Shown here one piece after another: positions 27,095-39,630 of a DNA stretch of 64,000 nt. Location of the stretch: assembly GCA_964187785.1 (NCBI GenBank), contig OZ076409.1:89902001-89966000 (forward strand). Direction: 5' to 3'. This DNA is from Amphiscolops sp. MND2022 (Eukaryota). Made by a program: the position numbers and the translations under genes. Positions within the stretch are counted from its first letter, which is position 1; each line of letters begins with the position of its first letter. The notes under the pieces were generated by a model. The model was not told where the DNA came from, searched no databases, and saw nothing but the letters and a program-made list of their open reading frames with translations.

Positions 27095-28335
27095 TTATAA
27101 TGATTCAAAATGCCTTTGTCCATCACTACTGATACTTATCAGCTTGGGTGTTAGGACCAGGGCATAAGCTATATAATCTGTTACTTCAATGGCAGCACTA
27201 AATTTAAATTCTAATCTACTAGGTTGACTGGCAATATGATCTTTTTGTTTGGATCAGTCAAAAACTTAAAAATTAAAATTCATCGCGATTTTATGCAAGT
27301 CAATAAAAGGCCTCAAAAAGTTGGTTTCGCTATGCAAGCGATAGAAGTTTTCTATTTGTTGATATGCTTCACGGTAGTTGTCTCTATCATAATCACTTTC
27401 AATTCCATCAACAGGATTTTTTTCTGATCCTTTTTTACAAACAGCATTTGAAATTGGAAGTTGATCAAATATTGAATTTTCATGTGTTTGCGAATCAATT
27501 TTATTTCTAGCTTGAAATCCAACTATTACGATGGTTGGCGTTGATTCTCCACTTTTTCCCAAGACAAAGGTCCAATTATTATTAGTGTTTACATCTTTTT
27601 TAAAAACAATCCGTTCCATATAATACAATTCAGTTGGGTCTTTATTCAATAACTGATCCATCATAATTTGTTGGTTTTCTGAGCTAGGTGTAAAATGTGG
27701 AATATACCAACCAATATCTTTTATAACAATTTTTGCAGCCAGCATCTACTCCTGCAGTACGAATAATTGGATCGTTATTTTTATTTCGTTCTAAAGTAGG
27801 AGTATAACTCAAACCATATGTTACTTTTACTTGATCAGCAAACCCAAATAAATCAATTGGCTTTATGTTCACAAAGAATGTTCCTTTCTCTGTTTGATTG
27901 TTAGTTATTTTTTGTCTTCTGGTTGCTTGTGATTCTTCAAAACCATACATCAGTTCACTGATGTGCTGACCATTAGTTAAAAGTTTATTCATTAAACTTA
28001 CCGTGTGTAAATTATCCACTTTTTCCAAATGTTTCCCCGAACTGGTTGTCAGTGTCGCTTCACCAAATTTAGCAACAGGCCCAAAGTTAACTAGTGGTAT
28101 TTGATCATTATCTACATATTTTGTATCATCATTTTTTACAATTTCAAAATTTAATGATATATATGAATTTTGTGAACAAATATTAGCATCTTCTCTTGGT
28201 AAACTGATTGAAATATTTGAATTATTATGGTTAACTGTAGCTTAACTATTTGGACTAAATTTAATAAAATCAATTTCATGAATTGGTTTATCCATAGCAT
28301 ATTTAGTTTTCAATGAAAATAATTCCGGAATAGAA
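27095..28335 (-). pseudogene. Double-jelly-roll major capsid protein, disrupted
   Basis: Fragments ISISLPREDA..NSYISLNFEI, IVIKDIGWYIPHFTPS, TPTIVIVGFQ and RLEFKF..YIAYALVL resemble Polinton-like MCP. Several frameshifts and stops. Confidence 0.7.
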
Positions 28336-28343
28336 AAAATATT

Positions 28344-29030
28344 CGTTATTTAAAATTTTAGCCTATTTTATTTTTACTAAACAAATTTATCCTAAAAAAG
28401 CAAACCCAGAATTTAGTTTAGTTTTATTGTTTTTATACACATCGTATGTTTGTTTTAGTTTGTTGTATTCATACAGATCTATTTCCTTATCTTCTAAACA
28501 ATTTGTGTGCAGCTTTTGGAAATTGTTTAAAGTTCCACAAGCAAGTGTATATTTCCTAATATTGTGTTGTTTCGTTATTTAAAATTTTTGCCTATTTTAT
28601 TTTTACTAAACAAATTTATCCTAAAAAAGCAAACTCAGAATTTAGTTTAGTTTTATTGTTTTTATACACATCGTATGTTTGTTTTAGTTTGTTGTATTCA
28701 TACAGATCTATTTCCTTATCTTCTAAACAATTTGTGTGCAGCTTTTGGAAATTGTTTAAAGTTCCACAAGCAAGTGTATATTTCCTAATATTGTGTTGTT
28801 TCGTTATTTAAAATTTTTGCCTATTTTATTTTTACTAAACAAATTTATCCTAAAAAAGCAAACTCAGAATTTAGTTTAGTTTTATTGTTTTTATACACAT
28901 CGTATGTTTGTTTTAGTTTGTTGTCTTCATACAGATCTATTTCCTTATCTTCTAGACAATTTGTGTGCAGCTTTTGGAAATTGTTTAAAGTTCCACCAGC
29001 AAGTGTATATTTCCTAATATTGTGTTGTTT
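28344..29030. repeat. Three tandem copies of a 229-bp unit
   Basis: GCCTATTTTATTTTTACTAAACAAATTTATCC recurs at about 28361, 28590 and 28819. Confidence 0.9.
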
Positions 29031-29377
29031 TTTTCTTTTCAGATACTCACCAATAAACTTACTGAATATGGATATTCCTGCACCTATACCACTTGCGATG
29101 GTAAAAAAACTCCGGTAACACTTAAAGTGATACATGTTGATGATACACCCAATAATAAAACTCCATAAATAGGTTGAATTAAACCATTTATAACTTAATA
29201 TGTTTTAGATTTCTTTTTAAATTTTTTAGCTTCATGATTATAAAAATTTTGAAAATCTTTTATATTTTGAATTGAATAAGAAGAACTATTTGTTTCTTTC
29301 AATCGAAGACCAAGATTATCTGATTCGCGTAAACTAGGATACAGCTTCGCTGGCTCTGCATACAATTTTTCCCTCAA
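28845..29377 (-). pseudogene. Small hydrophobic Polinton-like ORF, frameshifted
   Basis: Hydrophobic IASGIGAGISIFS followed by a basic, charged tail; lies in the viral gene cluster. Confidence 0.4.
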
Positions 29378-30159
29378 TAATTCAGCTTAAATTTTACAAA
29401 TTAGTTTTCAAAAAGTATGAAATTGAGATCAGTATCAGTTAGTTTCATTCTATATTTAAGGTCAACAATATCTTTGTACTGGTCCTTCTTCAAAGTATTC
29501 AACACGGTTTGTCTTGTTGAACAGTCTAAGTCGGATAAATAATATACACCATCTGACGTTCGTATTTATTTTCCGTCTTTTTCCAACAAGTAATCATCAC
29601 TAAAAAAAGTGATAAGATTCAAAGATTTGATCTTTATTTTCAAAGAAGTCAAACAATCTTTTATTATATACTAATTGAATAGTATCTTTGACTGCTTCAC
29701 TTTTACATTTTTCCAATTCTGATAGGCGGTTTCTCTCAAAGTGATTACGTCAAATGGTTTGTTGTTCTTTATCTAGGTTCGCAGCATCCAAAAGAATTTC
29801 TTTCTTCTTTTCGAATAATTTATTTTTAACATCTTGTTCTAAATATTTCAAATATGTTTTTATATCTTCTATTTGCGAAGCCAGCTTTGCTGTATCTTTA
29901 TTTATATCTAAGAATAACTTTGCATTGACTACTACTTTGGTTTCACTGTCGTCAAAATTAATTTTTTTATATGCAAAGCGCCTTCGGTGTTTTGTAGGTC
30001 AATAAACATTTCAAATTTATCAAAAATATCAATAAATTTTGTATTAATTAATTTGGTTTGTGATTCAAATTCTTTTTCAAGATTCTCAATCTTATCTTTT
30101 TGCAAGCTCTCGGGCACTATAACCAAATTAATGAATTGAAATTCTTTATTTAGGTATAA

Positions 30160-31026
30160 TTACTCAAATTGATGAAAAATATTCATACTTTCTAACACCT
30201 TTTGGTTTGATTCAAAGTTGAATACACTTCTTAAAAGTTCTTGTTCATAAAATTTTCCTTGAATAATTTCCCCATTTTCACCTTCTAGAGTATAAATTAC
30301 TGGATTCGTTTTTTTAATTTTATGTATTTTGAAAAGCTCTCTATTCCAAATTGTTGTATAATCTTTACTATATAAATTGCGTTTATCATGAACTCTTGCA
30401 TAGTCTCCTACTTGAATTTTAGGTAAGTTATTATTACTAATATTTTTGTGATTATTATTACTGGGATTTAGTTTATTGTTACTGGCTTCAAATGGTGTCA
30501 TTCTTGGTAGTTCCATGGACACGATTATTATACTTTTCCATAGCAGCATCAAGATGATTCAACCAACAAGCTTTACCTTCAGTATACATTGGTTCTTGAA
30601 TTAAGTCCAAAAGTGTTCTCTTGAAACGTTCAACAAAAACTGCTTTTAAATCTGAATTGGTTGATTGAATTTGTATTTCATTTTGTTTAAGAAACTCCAA
30701 AAATGATTTGTTATAAAACTTTTTACCTCTATCTGACCAAGTTTTATCAGGTTTTCTCTTTGCATTCTCAATAAGATTCTTGATGCTGTTATTGTACTTT
30801 TTCCGGACTTATCTTTAAGAGGAATCGCCCATGCATATTTAGTATGAATATGAATTATTGTGAAAATAAAATTGTAGTTTTTGTTATTTTTTGCTAAGCT
30901 AGATCGATCAATTAAATCAATACCCCAACACTCATCTTTATAATGAGTTTGTGTTTGAGTTCTTTGAAATTTCTTGATTACAGGAGAGAAGGTTTCTTTC
31001 GCAATTTCTTTTTTCTTTTCATTCAT
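30160..31026 (-). pseudogene. Retroviral-type (rve) integrase of the Polinton-like element, frameshifted
   Basis: WGIDLID, TKYAWAIPLKDKS, KAVFVERFKRTL, YNNRVHGT and QGKFYEQEL, spread across three frames. Confidence 0.85.
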
Positions 31027-31359
31027 TTATTAATCTAAAATAATTAAATTTCCGGTAATTGGTGATACGGCTTCACTGGCTTTGCATAATGCAAGCTTTG
31101 GTTTGTGTTTTCTTCTTAATAAATGAATAAAAAATTATATATAGTTTCGTTGTGTGTAATTTTTATTATAACTTTATATATTTATTGGTATATTAGACCT
31201 GATATTATAAAAAATTATACCAAAAACTAAAACCTATCAAAGGATTTAAACATTCTCACCTAACTAATCAACCAGAAGAAGAACCCCAACTCAAACCAAT
31301 CAGTAATTCAGCAAAGCTTGCTACTCATACAGCTACGCTGGCTTCGCATACAAACAGTC

Positions 31360-31992
31360 GTATGTTAATTTATGGTACTAGTGGGTAAGGTAAGACATCT
31401 TTCATAAAGTATTGTTTAGATCAAACTAAATCAAATTTCATTGTAATCGGTAGAGGTGAGACTGAGTTTAAATGTTAAATATGTACCTTTGTTGCAGCTA
31501 GAAAAAATAGAAAATGAATCACATGCTAATAAAACGGTAATTTTAGACGATGCAGGTGCATATAACAACCTTAAAAGTAGAAGGCTTGTTCCGGTTTGGT
31601 AGACATCATAATATACAAGTTATTTATCTTGCACACTATGCAAAGGATGTACTTCCAGTTGTAAGAGAAAATTGTTTCAAGTTATATATCACAATGGACA
31701 ATCCAGATTGTTTCTTTGAAACAATAGTGAGCACTTATAGTATAAAAGAACTTAATTGGAAACAATATCGTAGTCAGTTAGAATATGGTGTAATTGAAAT
31801 TGATACTAGATCACAAAAGTTTAAAATACTCAACCAGAAGTATCAAGTAGTATATGATACAACTGAACATATATGGAATCCTGAGGATTTTGTAAAATTT
31901 TAACGTTATTTTTTTACAGGTGAAGAATATAATAGATTAGAAGTATTTTTTAGAAGAGATGTCAGATCAAGCAATTGAATAACACCTTTTGA
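31360..31992 (+). pseudogene. A32-like packaging ATPase 1, 5' part (continues at 50840-51031)
   Basis: Walker A GTSG*GKT, Walker B ILDDAG, and RFGRHHNIQVIYLAH..VRENC. Removing the insert restores ACA CCT TTT GAT GTA GCT TAT (TPFDVAY). Confidence 0.75.
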
Positions 31993-32882
31993 CATTACAG
32001 TGGGGTAAGCGGCAAGGCCTTCCAAAACTCGGAAAACGTTGGGCAAAAACTCGGGAATGCATGGGCGACTTTTGTTGTTCATAACTGAAAATCTCGGAAA
32101 CGCATGGGCGAAATCAACTAATTGTTGAACATAATCTGTCCATTCGTTTCCCACCAAGTGTGGCCTTTTAATTTGATAGAAACTTTGAATACATATCAAA
32201 AAATGTCTGAGATATACCTAATCAACTAAAAATAAGAATTTGCCGATTATCAGAAGTTTAATAAACCATTCCCAGGTACTTTGTTTTCGAAATAAATTTG
32301 AATAATGATTATCAAGCTTCCATATTTTTCATCAATCTACCTTGTGTCCAGCAACATTCTGTCTGATAAAACTGTTTGATTTAACGACTGATAGGGTGAA
32401 TAGTTGAAAAAAGTTGTTTTTGTAGTAAGTGTACAACTATTAAACAATTTTTTTGTTTTTTATTGAATCAACTTAAACATATCTTATATCAATCAAAGTG
32501 AAAATTTGAATAAAGTTGTTTTTGTAGTAATTTTACAAATATCGAACAACTCTTTTGTTATAATTGAATAATCTTAAATTAATATTATATATCAACCATA
32601 AGAAGATTAGGAGATTACAAGAAGAATAGAATGGCATGATAAGATCTTTTTGGGGGCTTGTCTTTTTGAACAATTTACTTCTCATTACATTTTGTTTGAC
32701 TCAATTGTTTAATGGCATTATTTTGTCAATTATTGCTATGTCGCTCCACTACTAATCTTTTGCCCCGAATCGAAAACAAAAAGATTCACAGGAGACTGAT
32801 TCAATTAAGAAACAATTAATGGAAACATATAATGGAAAAGATATCTCAATTGTTATAGCAATGGATACAAAAAATGAATAAA

Positions 32883-34730
32883 TTAAAAACTAAACTGACT
32901 TCTGCAATTATTGGCTGCGGAACGACGATATTCGTCATCGCCATTTAAATTGTCCTGGAAACAATCGATAGATACTCGCACAGTTTTTAGCAGAAAATCG
33001 TTATTTGAAAATATTAGGCTTTTGATAATGTGGCAGAAAGTTTTAGGGAAGATTGGTGGGAGCATATCCCATTGTCGGCCTAGGGTACTGTCCCATTCTG
33101 CATTTTTGTGAAACTTTTCTGAGTCAGGATCAATATGAAATTTGACTTGGTGTCCAGAACCCATCAAAAAGATGTTCTTGGAAATTTCGTCAACCAAGCA
33201 AATGTCTTAATTGATCATTGTGCGTTTCGACTGGGATATCCCGACCAAACGTTTCAGCGCTGACACGTAATGAAAAGCTCTATTCACAGGTGAACAAGCT
33301 GCGGACAAGTCCAGAGATTTCTGCTTCATGTAGTTTGCTTCTGTCAACACTTGCTTTACAGCTGGGTAAGTGATGGAATAGCATCTGTCTTCTTCATCGA
33401 CCTGTTTCGCCATGGCCTTCTTCATCTCCACGTCGAACCATATCTTCTCCAATTTCATCGTGAAGACCGTGCTCCTAATGTTTATCGTAACGTGGTCACC
33501 TAATAACAGAATGCGAATATTTAATTTCATTTAGTAATAATAATTTATTAACCACTTGAGAAAGTTTTATGCGACAAAGTTTCTAGAAGCATGTAAATTT
33601 TTCGAGAGGACGCTCGTGGCAAAAAGCTTGCTTTCAGTTTTTTTGTTTGATTATTTTTAGTACAGTAGAGGTTAGACTAGTATTAATCAAATTGATCATA
33701 TACCTACCTGATGCAATACCATTTTCGCAGGGTACAATGTCCAGAAGTTCGTCTTTCTCGGCAAGACTCGCAATTTGTCACCTAATAACAGAATGCGAAT
33801 ATTTAATTTCATTTAGTAATAATAATTTATTAACCACTTGAGAAAGTTTTATGCGACAAAGTTTCTAGAAGCATGTAAATTTTTCGAGAGGACGCTCGTG
33901 GCAAAAAGCTTGCTTTCAGTTTTTTTGTTTGATTATTTTTAGTACAGTAGAGGTTAGACTAGTATTAATCAAATTGATCATATACCTACCTGATGCAATA
34001 CCATTTTCGCAGGGTACAATGTCCAGAAGTTCGTCTTTCTCGGCAAGACTCGCAATATATGCGGCAATATCAATTTTCTGTCTAGGAGAAGTTATAGTGG
34101 GTTCTGGTTCTGCATCTGTTTCTACTACTCTCTTTTTTTGCCGCGATGGTAGGTCATCTTCGGGCTCCGAATCAAACTCGGAAGGCTGCCTCGTGTCAGG
34201 ATGAGTCCAGTTCTTCGGACGAATTTGTTCGTAGTCGATGAACTGGATGTCTTTTGTGCGCCCGTCGAAGGAAACAGCCATATTTTGCTGGAATAGGTCA
34301 TTCATGACAACAAAACCCGAGTTCAGCAGCTTCGACTCCTCGGAATACTTTCTAACTTCTTCTAAACTAGGAATGTCCGCTGGTGATTTCCGGGATGTCC
34401 CAGTGAAAAAGATTCTGTCCCCTAGTTGGCGCTTTCTTGGGTCGGGGATGTCAAAAACGGTTTCTGCTGGCTTCTTCGATTTCCGGCGACCGCGGACATC
34501 TTGTAGTACTATACATTTTCTAACTGGCCAGCAATTTTGTGGTGTGTTGGGGGACACTTCAATTCTGTCTGATCCGAATCGCTTCACAAGTTTATCTGGC
34601 CAATTGAGGTACTTTACTCGGATTCCAAATGATCCTTCGAACCCAATGATGCAAGCATCTTCCCAAATTTTTGTTGCAGGATCCAAAACTTGATATTTTC
34701 TTTCATATCAAAAACACTGATGAAATCCAT
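32883..34730 (-). pseudogene. Two-exon cargo gene with N-terminal Tudor/chromo-barrel-like motif
   Basis: YQVLDPATKIWEDACIIGFEGSFGIRVKYLNW resembles the PHF20/Agenet-type Tudor pattern D-x4-W-x2-A-x-I...V-x-Y-x2-W. Intron at about 33499-33703. Lesions: frameshift near the start, stop at 33207, internal 282-bp duplication. Confidence 0.5.
33494..34057. repeat. 282-bp tandem duplication
   Basis: GTCACCTAATAACAGAATGCG...GACTCGCAAT occurs twice with a period of about 282 and spans an intron plus exon end. Confidence 0.9.
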
Positions 34731-37700
34731 TTCAATTAATGAAATTAGTGCTTTATTTTTCAAGAAATTTATTTTCTTAAACTAGTATTTTCAGTATTGC
34801 ATTTGCCACTAACGTTTATCAAGCAGGTTTGAGCAAATAAAATCGTTATCGGGACAAATGAATATCAAGTGAGTTTGATCGACCCAAATCGTTACATACA
34901 GATGAATTTTAATTGTCAGACGCATATTAATTAATTGTCAGACGCATTTTAAATGACAATAAACCCCCAGACACTTTTGCACTGAACATCAAAAACGTAG
35001 CACGATAATTTTATCATTTTTGTCAAACGTTTTTCGATCGATCGAGTAGACGCATTTCAAAATCCACGTGAGTGTGAAAACGCTAATTTACTCGATTTAT
35101 TTCCGATATAACTTCAGCACGGTACATCAATAACGAAACACGATAATTTTATAATTTTTTGTCAAACGCTTTGCCAACCAGCAGACGCATTTCAAGAATG
35201 GAAACGCTAGTGTGGAAACGTTAAAGTGTCAATACCCTTTTGAAAAAACAACTACTAGATTAACTTCCAAAAACTTTCGACGTACGACAATCAGGATGAC
35301 AATACACCCCGAGAAGCTTCTGCACGATTACACTGAAACAATTGATGGAAAAAGTTTTGTGGATGCTAAAATTTTGTATGTTTTTGCTGCGCATATTATA
35401 AGAGAAAAATCGCGAAAACTGAAAAGCGCGATCGAAATAGTAATTGAAGGAACTGATTTAAAACTCGAAGATTGTGTAATAAACAAACAAAAAACTTGCT
35501 TTGTTGCCATTGGAATATTGCAAATAATAATTATTCGTGGTTTACAAAGTGGGTTTCCATGGACACAATTACGAAAAAGATACGTGTCCTACTTTTTCCC
35601 AAATACGCCGCAGCTAATTCCCGACTCACAACCTTTTGTCAATCCACTTTCAATGCCAACAATCCCAGTGGAGCAGTTTTCTCAACCTGAATCAGGTTTC
35701 AGTCAGAAGATGCATACAATTCTCGCAACATTTGCAGCTACAGAACAAAAGCGGATTCATGCTAAAGCGCAGAAGAACTCTCTGCATCAATTTGAAGCCA
35801 AGGCTCTGGTTAAGGGTGTTTTTTCAAACTACTTATCGTACGAAAAGCTGAAGTCAGACATATTTATCTGTACTAAAACTGGTAGTTTGATAAATATGAT
35901 CAACACGCTGAAAAAAACTTTCCATGTCGATGGACTGGGTCAAAAACAACTAATTCCTGGTTATACGGCGATCAAAGAGATGTCGAAACCGATGATTTCA
36001 AAGTTTATATCCCTATTCAAACCAAAAAACACTTTTTCGGGATTCAGAATTGATCTTGTACGTGCTATCAAAGTCATGACATTCATTCTTTTGAAAGGAA
36101 GGACTGATTTGCAAGGTCTGAAAGTTGATATTTGGGGAGATGGTGTTCAAATAGGGAAAAAGGATCAAACTCGAATGGCCTTCCGTTTTCTCGAAGGAAC
36201 ATCCATCAGCAATCAGTCATCAGATGCACTCTTCTCTTTTGCTGTTTTCCAAGGTAAGTTCTGCTATTTTGTCCTGCTGAATCCCAAAATTTAATTTAGC
36301 TCTAGGTTAGCTTCGCACATTTTACAATACGTGTTTACAGGTCACGACGGTCGTTGGTTGCTAGAGCAAAATGTTGGGTACCTGGAACTAGGTGAGCAAG
36401 ATTCCTCTTGGCTTTACCAGCAGACGAAACAACTCCATGACGCCGGAGTCCACTTAACATACAGTGGCGATCAACCATTCCTAAATCGCCTTCTCATCGG
36501 AACCTCTGTTGATCACATGAAGAGTGAAGAAAATCCATCAAAATTGCCGATGTATCTTGGGAATGACGATTCAGTTAAACCAGAAACCGTGCACGAAAAA
36601 AATGGACATCGAGGTGATGTTCCCCTACCATTTCGAACCACCATTCCTCCTGAAAGTTTGACGTTTTTGCCAGACATTAGATGCGTTTGTCCCGACGGCA
36701 CTCATGCGATAACAAGGTGTGTCGAGGGAGACATTAGAAAGTTCATGGAGTTGAAAATTCTCCAATCTAAAGATGACTCTGCTACAGTTGATTTTATTAG
36801 GGAAAATTTTCAGCGCAATTTGACCGAGAGAGGTTGGAAAGAGCCTGGCTTCGAATTTGACATTGACAAACGCAACAAAAAATGTGCTCCCATTTCCCTT
36901 AGTGGCAGAGAAGCTATCACTGGCATTGCTGATATGTACGAACTTGCTGAGGCTGGTGTTCAGCATGAACTGTTTGAAGGAGTTTTTTCCGAGAACAAGA
37001 CTGTTGGAGCCTTGTCGGGTACAAAAAGTGCAAGCATGAATGTGTTGAAAAATCTTCATCCCAATTCATTTACAATTATCGAAAGCCCATGTCAAATGAA
37101 ACTTTTGGTTGCAGCTGAACTCTGGAGAAAGTCACTAAATCAGCTTACCGTGCTGATGAGGACGAGGAAGAAATTCGAAGAACAGGACTTTTCCGACTAT
37201 AAATACTGGTCAGAAATCCACTATCACATTTCGATTGTACTGTTCGATGTGAAACTAGGTTTGACACCGTACAGACTGAAACTGTGCCTGATTCCCCAGC
37301 TGTTAGAAGGAGGCTACATTGAATCACCCTTTAACCACCTGTGCGAAGGCCCCGAAAAATCAAATCATCATGTCCATAGAGACTTTCAGCAAAAGACCAT
37401 GCGGGGGGAGGGGCAGTTCGACACGCCGACTCAATGTTTCTCGAAATGTTTTTCACTTTCTGTTCTGGTCTCCGGTTTTCGTTTTTGGAAGGCACCATCG
37501 ACGAACAGCTCTCACTTTGCCATCAACGGCTTTTTAATGAACCCATAGAGGTGAACCTATCTTTTTTGGACTCCCTGGGACCAATTGAGAAAGCCATCAT
37601 TCCCGTTGGAAAAGTTCGAGAGAAGCCCAGCCTTTTCTTGGGTAAGGATTTTTTTGTACCAATAAGCCCACGTCCAGCTTTTTTGGTTATGAAACCTAAG

Positions 37701-37879
37701 TGGTATAAATTTAGCGAATTTTAGTTGGATAAACCAACAATATAGTGTGAATTTTGCTTTTCTTGCGACTCCGAAGTAAATGTAGTGGATCGTTGAATAA
37801 ATGTTTGACTTGAGTTTTGCTGAATGTTCAGGTTGACAAATATTAGTCTTAAGTTACTCGGATGAAATACTTCCTCAAA

Positions 37880-38110
37880 ACATCAACAGATTTCAAGTAC
37901 CACTGGCGTAGTGGTTACTTCGTGCGTCGTTCAGTCGTTCCGCCGCTCGTTCGCTCTTGGTATACAGGTTCGCTTCTCTGCGCCGCTGTTGGTGCAGCCT
38001 TCGGTAGCCAGTGGCTGGTATTGTGTCTGGTATTGTGTGTGGTAGCCATTGGCTGATATTACTTGCCATAGATGTCGATTGCCGGTGACGACCGCGCATT
38101 CAACAACTGT
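37880..38110 (+). mobile_element. Possible tRNA-derived SINE head inside transposase intron 2
   Basis: A-box-like TGGCGTAGTGG near 37905 and B-box-like GGTTCGCTTC near 37967, in a GC-rich island. Confidence 0.35.
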
Positions 38111-38290
38111 GACAATTAGTGAGTAGATTGAGATTCGAATTCTCTCTGGCGGAGAGAGAAATCCAATCTCAATCTACTTTATTTTATGTTTTCAACTTAT
38201 TATTTGCAATTAGTTTTTCGCTTAACAGTGAGTTTCGAATGATGCAATTACATACCTGTTCAGAACGATCGTAGCAAATAAAATTGAATA

Positions 38291-38616
38291 CACTAGTGAT
38301 AATATTAAAAACAACAAAAACCAAATTTTAAATAATGTTTCATTAACAAAATCTATCAAAAAGCAGTGATTTTTGAAAAAGTATGAACGTGAACAAATTT
38401 CTAGGATTTTTATCTAGTTTAAATATTTAGGTTTTTCTGACTTTTGATTTAGTTTTGATCAAAATTTTTGAAACATTTTATGTTCAATTGACCTCCCTGA
38501 TTTAACTGAAGCACTTGATATGTTTTGATTGAGAAAGTACTTTAAAGTCTCAATGAAAACACGCTGTAAAATTAGGCGTTTCCGAAAATATTAAGTTTCT
38601 AATAATATCACTACTG
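38291..38616. mobile_element. Tc1/mariner-type MITE
   Basis: TA|CACTAGTGATA...TATCACTACTG|TA. Related copies at 47674-47893 and about 59466-59830. Confidence 0.6.
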
Positions 38617-39630
38617 TACATGCAAAGCCGTCTTAGAATTATACGGCAATATGCACGTTCGGCAAATGGAAGGACCACCTTAGAAACCTGTTGTTACATA
38701 TTCGAAATTCGGTATATAACCAATTGTTTCCACAGAACTAAACAATATTCCGTTTGCTCCAGGATCGAGATTCTTTCTGCACGGGAAATTCAATAAAGAG
38801 CAACGAATTCAACATGAAAACCAAGATGGAAAAACTCTTGGACCCGCAGAGTGCCTCAAAAAAGTTATCAAAAAAGCGGGAGGGAAAGTTCTAGAACGAG
38901 CAGCATTGAATACTCTCCTCTCCAGACACTCCAAGTTGCCACACATTTACGTGGTTGTCCAAAATGACACAGATCTTATTAGTGCAACAACGTCGTGTGA
39001 AACTTTGCCACAAGTGACAGAAGTTATGGCCAAAGGAAAATGCAAAAAAAGGAAACTAAATGAACCAAGTCGAACCAGTTACGTTTTACGACACTTGGCC
39101 AGTCGTGGACTTACGTTTTTATCCGTTGACTATATTTTGAAAAGTATCGAAACTTCAACAATTTTGGATGTGGAATCTTTTGCGTTAAAACCAGGGCCAG
39201 ACATTCCATCAACTTCTGTTCGTGATCATCGCAAAATTTTCCTTCTTCAGAGGAATCCCGAACTACAAAACACAACTTCAGCTATAACATCGGTACTTCG
39301 TAAACGACGAGAAATGCTGAAGAAGCGTGAACAAGAAAAAATGAATAACGCTCAGAAAGAACACGATGAATCATCCTCACACCCATCAGACTGAGAATCA
39401 TTTGATAATCATAATTGATAAATCGTGAAAACTTTGATTCAAACAATATTAAATTATTTTTACCTGTTTTATGGTCAAAATTTGATTGAATCATTCGAAT
39501 TGTTCTAAACAAATTCAAAATAAAGACGTAGCAAAAAAGAGCAGCGCCAAATACTAAATAAAAACAGAAAAGGCAGAATAAAACCAAATCTTTCGAAGAC
39601 CAAGACTTCGCTGAAAACAAGTTTCGAGAT

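Larger units (their letters stand above)
35296..39394 (+). pseudogene. RAG1/Transib-like DDE transposase with C-terminal BRCT domain (3 exons, one frameshift)
   Basis: Motifs IWGDG, YSGDQPFL, CPDGTHAITR and TPYRLKL..IPQLL..CEGPEKSNH. Introns 36254-36340 and 37642-38762 are both phase 1. Frameshift in the G run near 37405. BRCT-like LFLG/SRFFLHGKF..LKKVIKKAGGKVL..FLSVDYILKSI. Confidence 0.72.

Noticed and set aside
31996..32002. True RSS/Transib end starting at TACAGTG
   Set aside because: There is no 5-bp TSD at that boundary. Only the CATTAC boundary with a GA duplication restores the target ORF.
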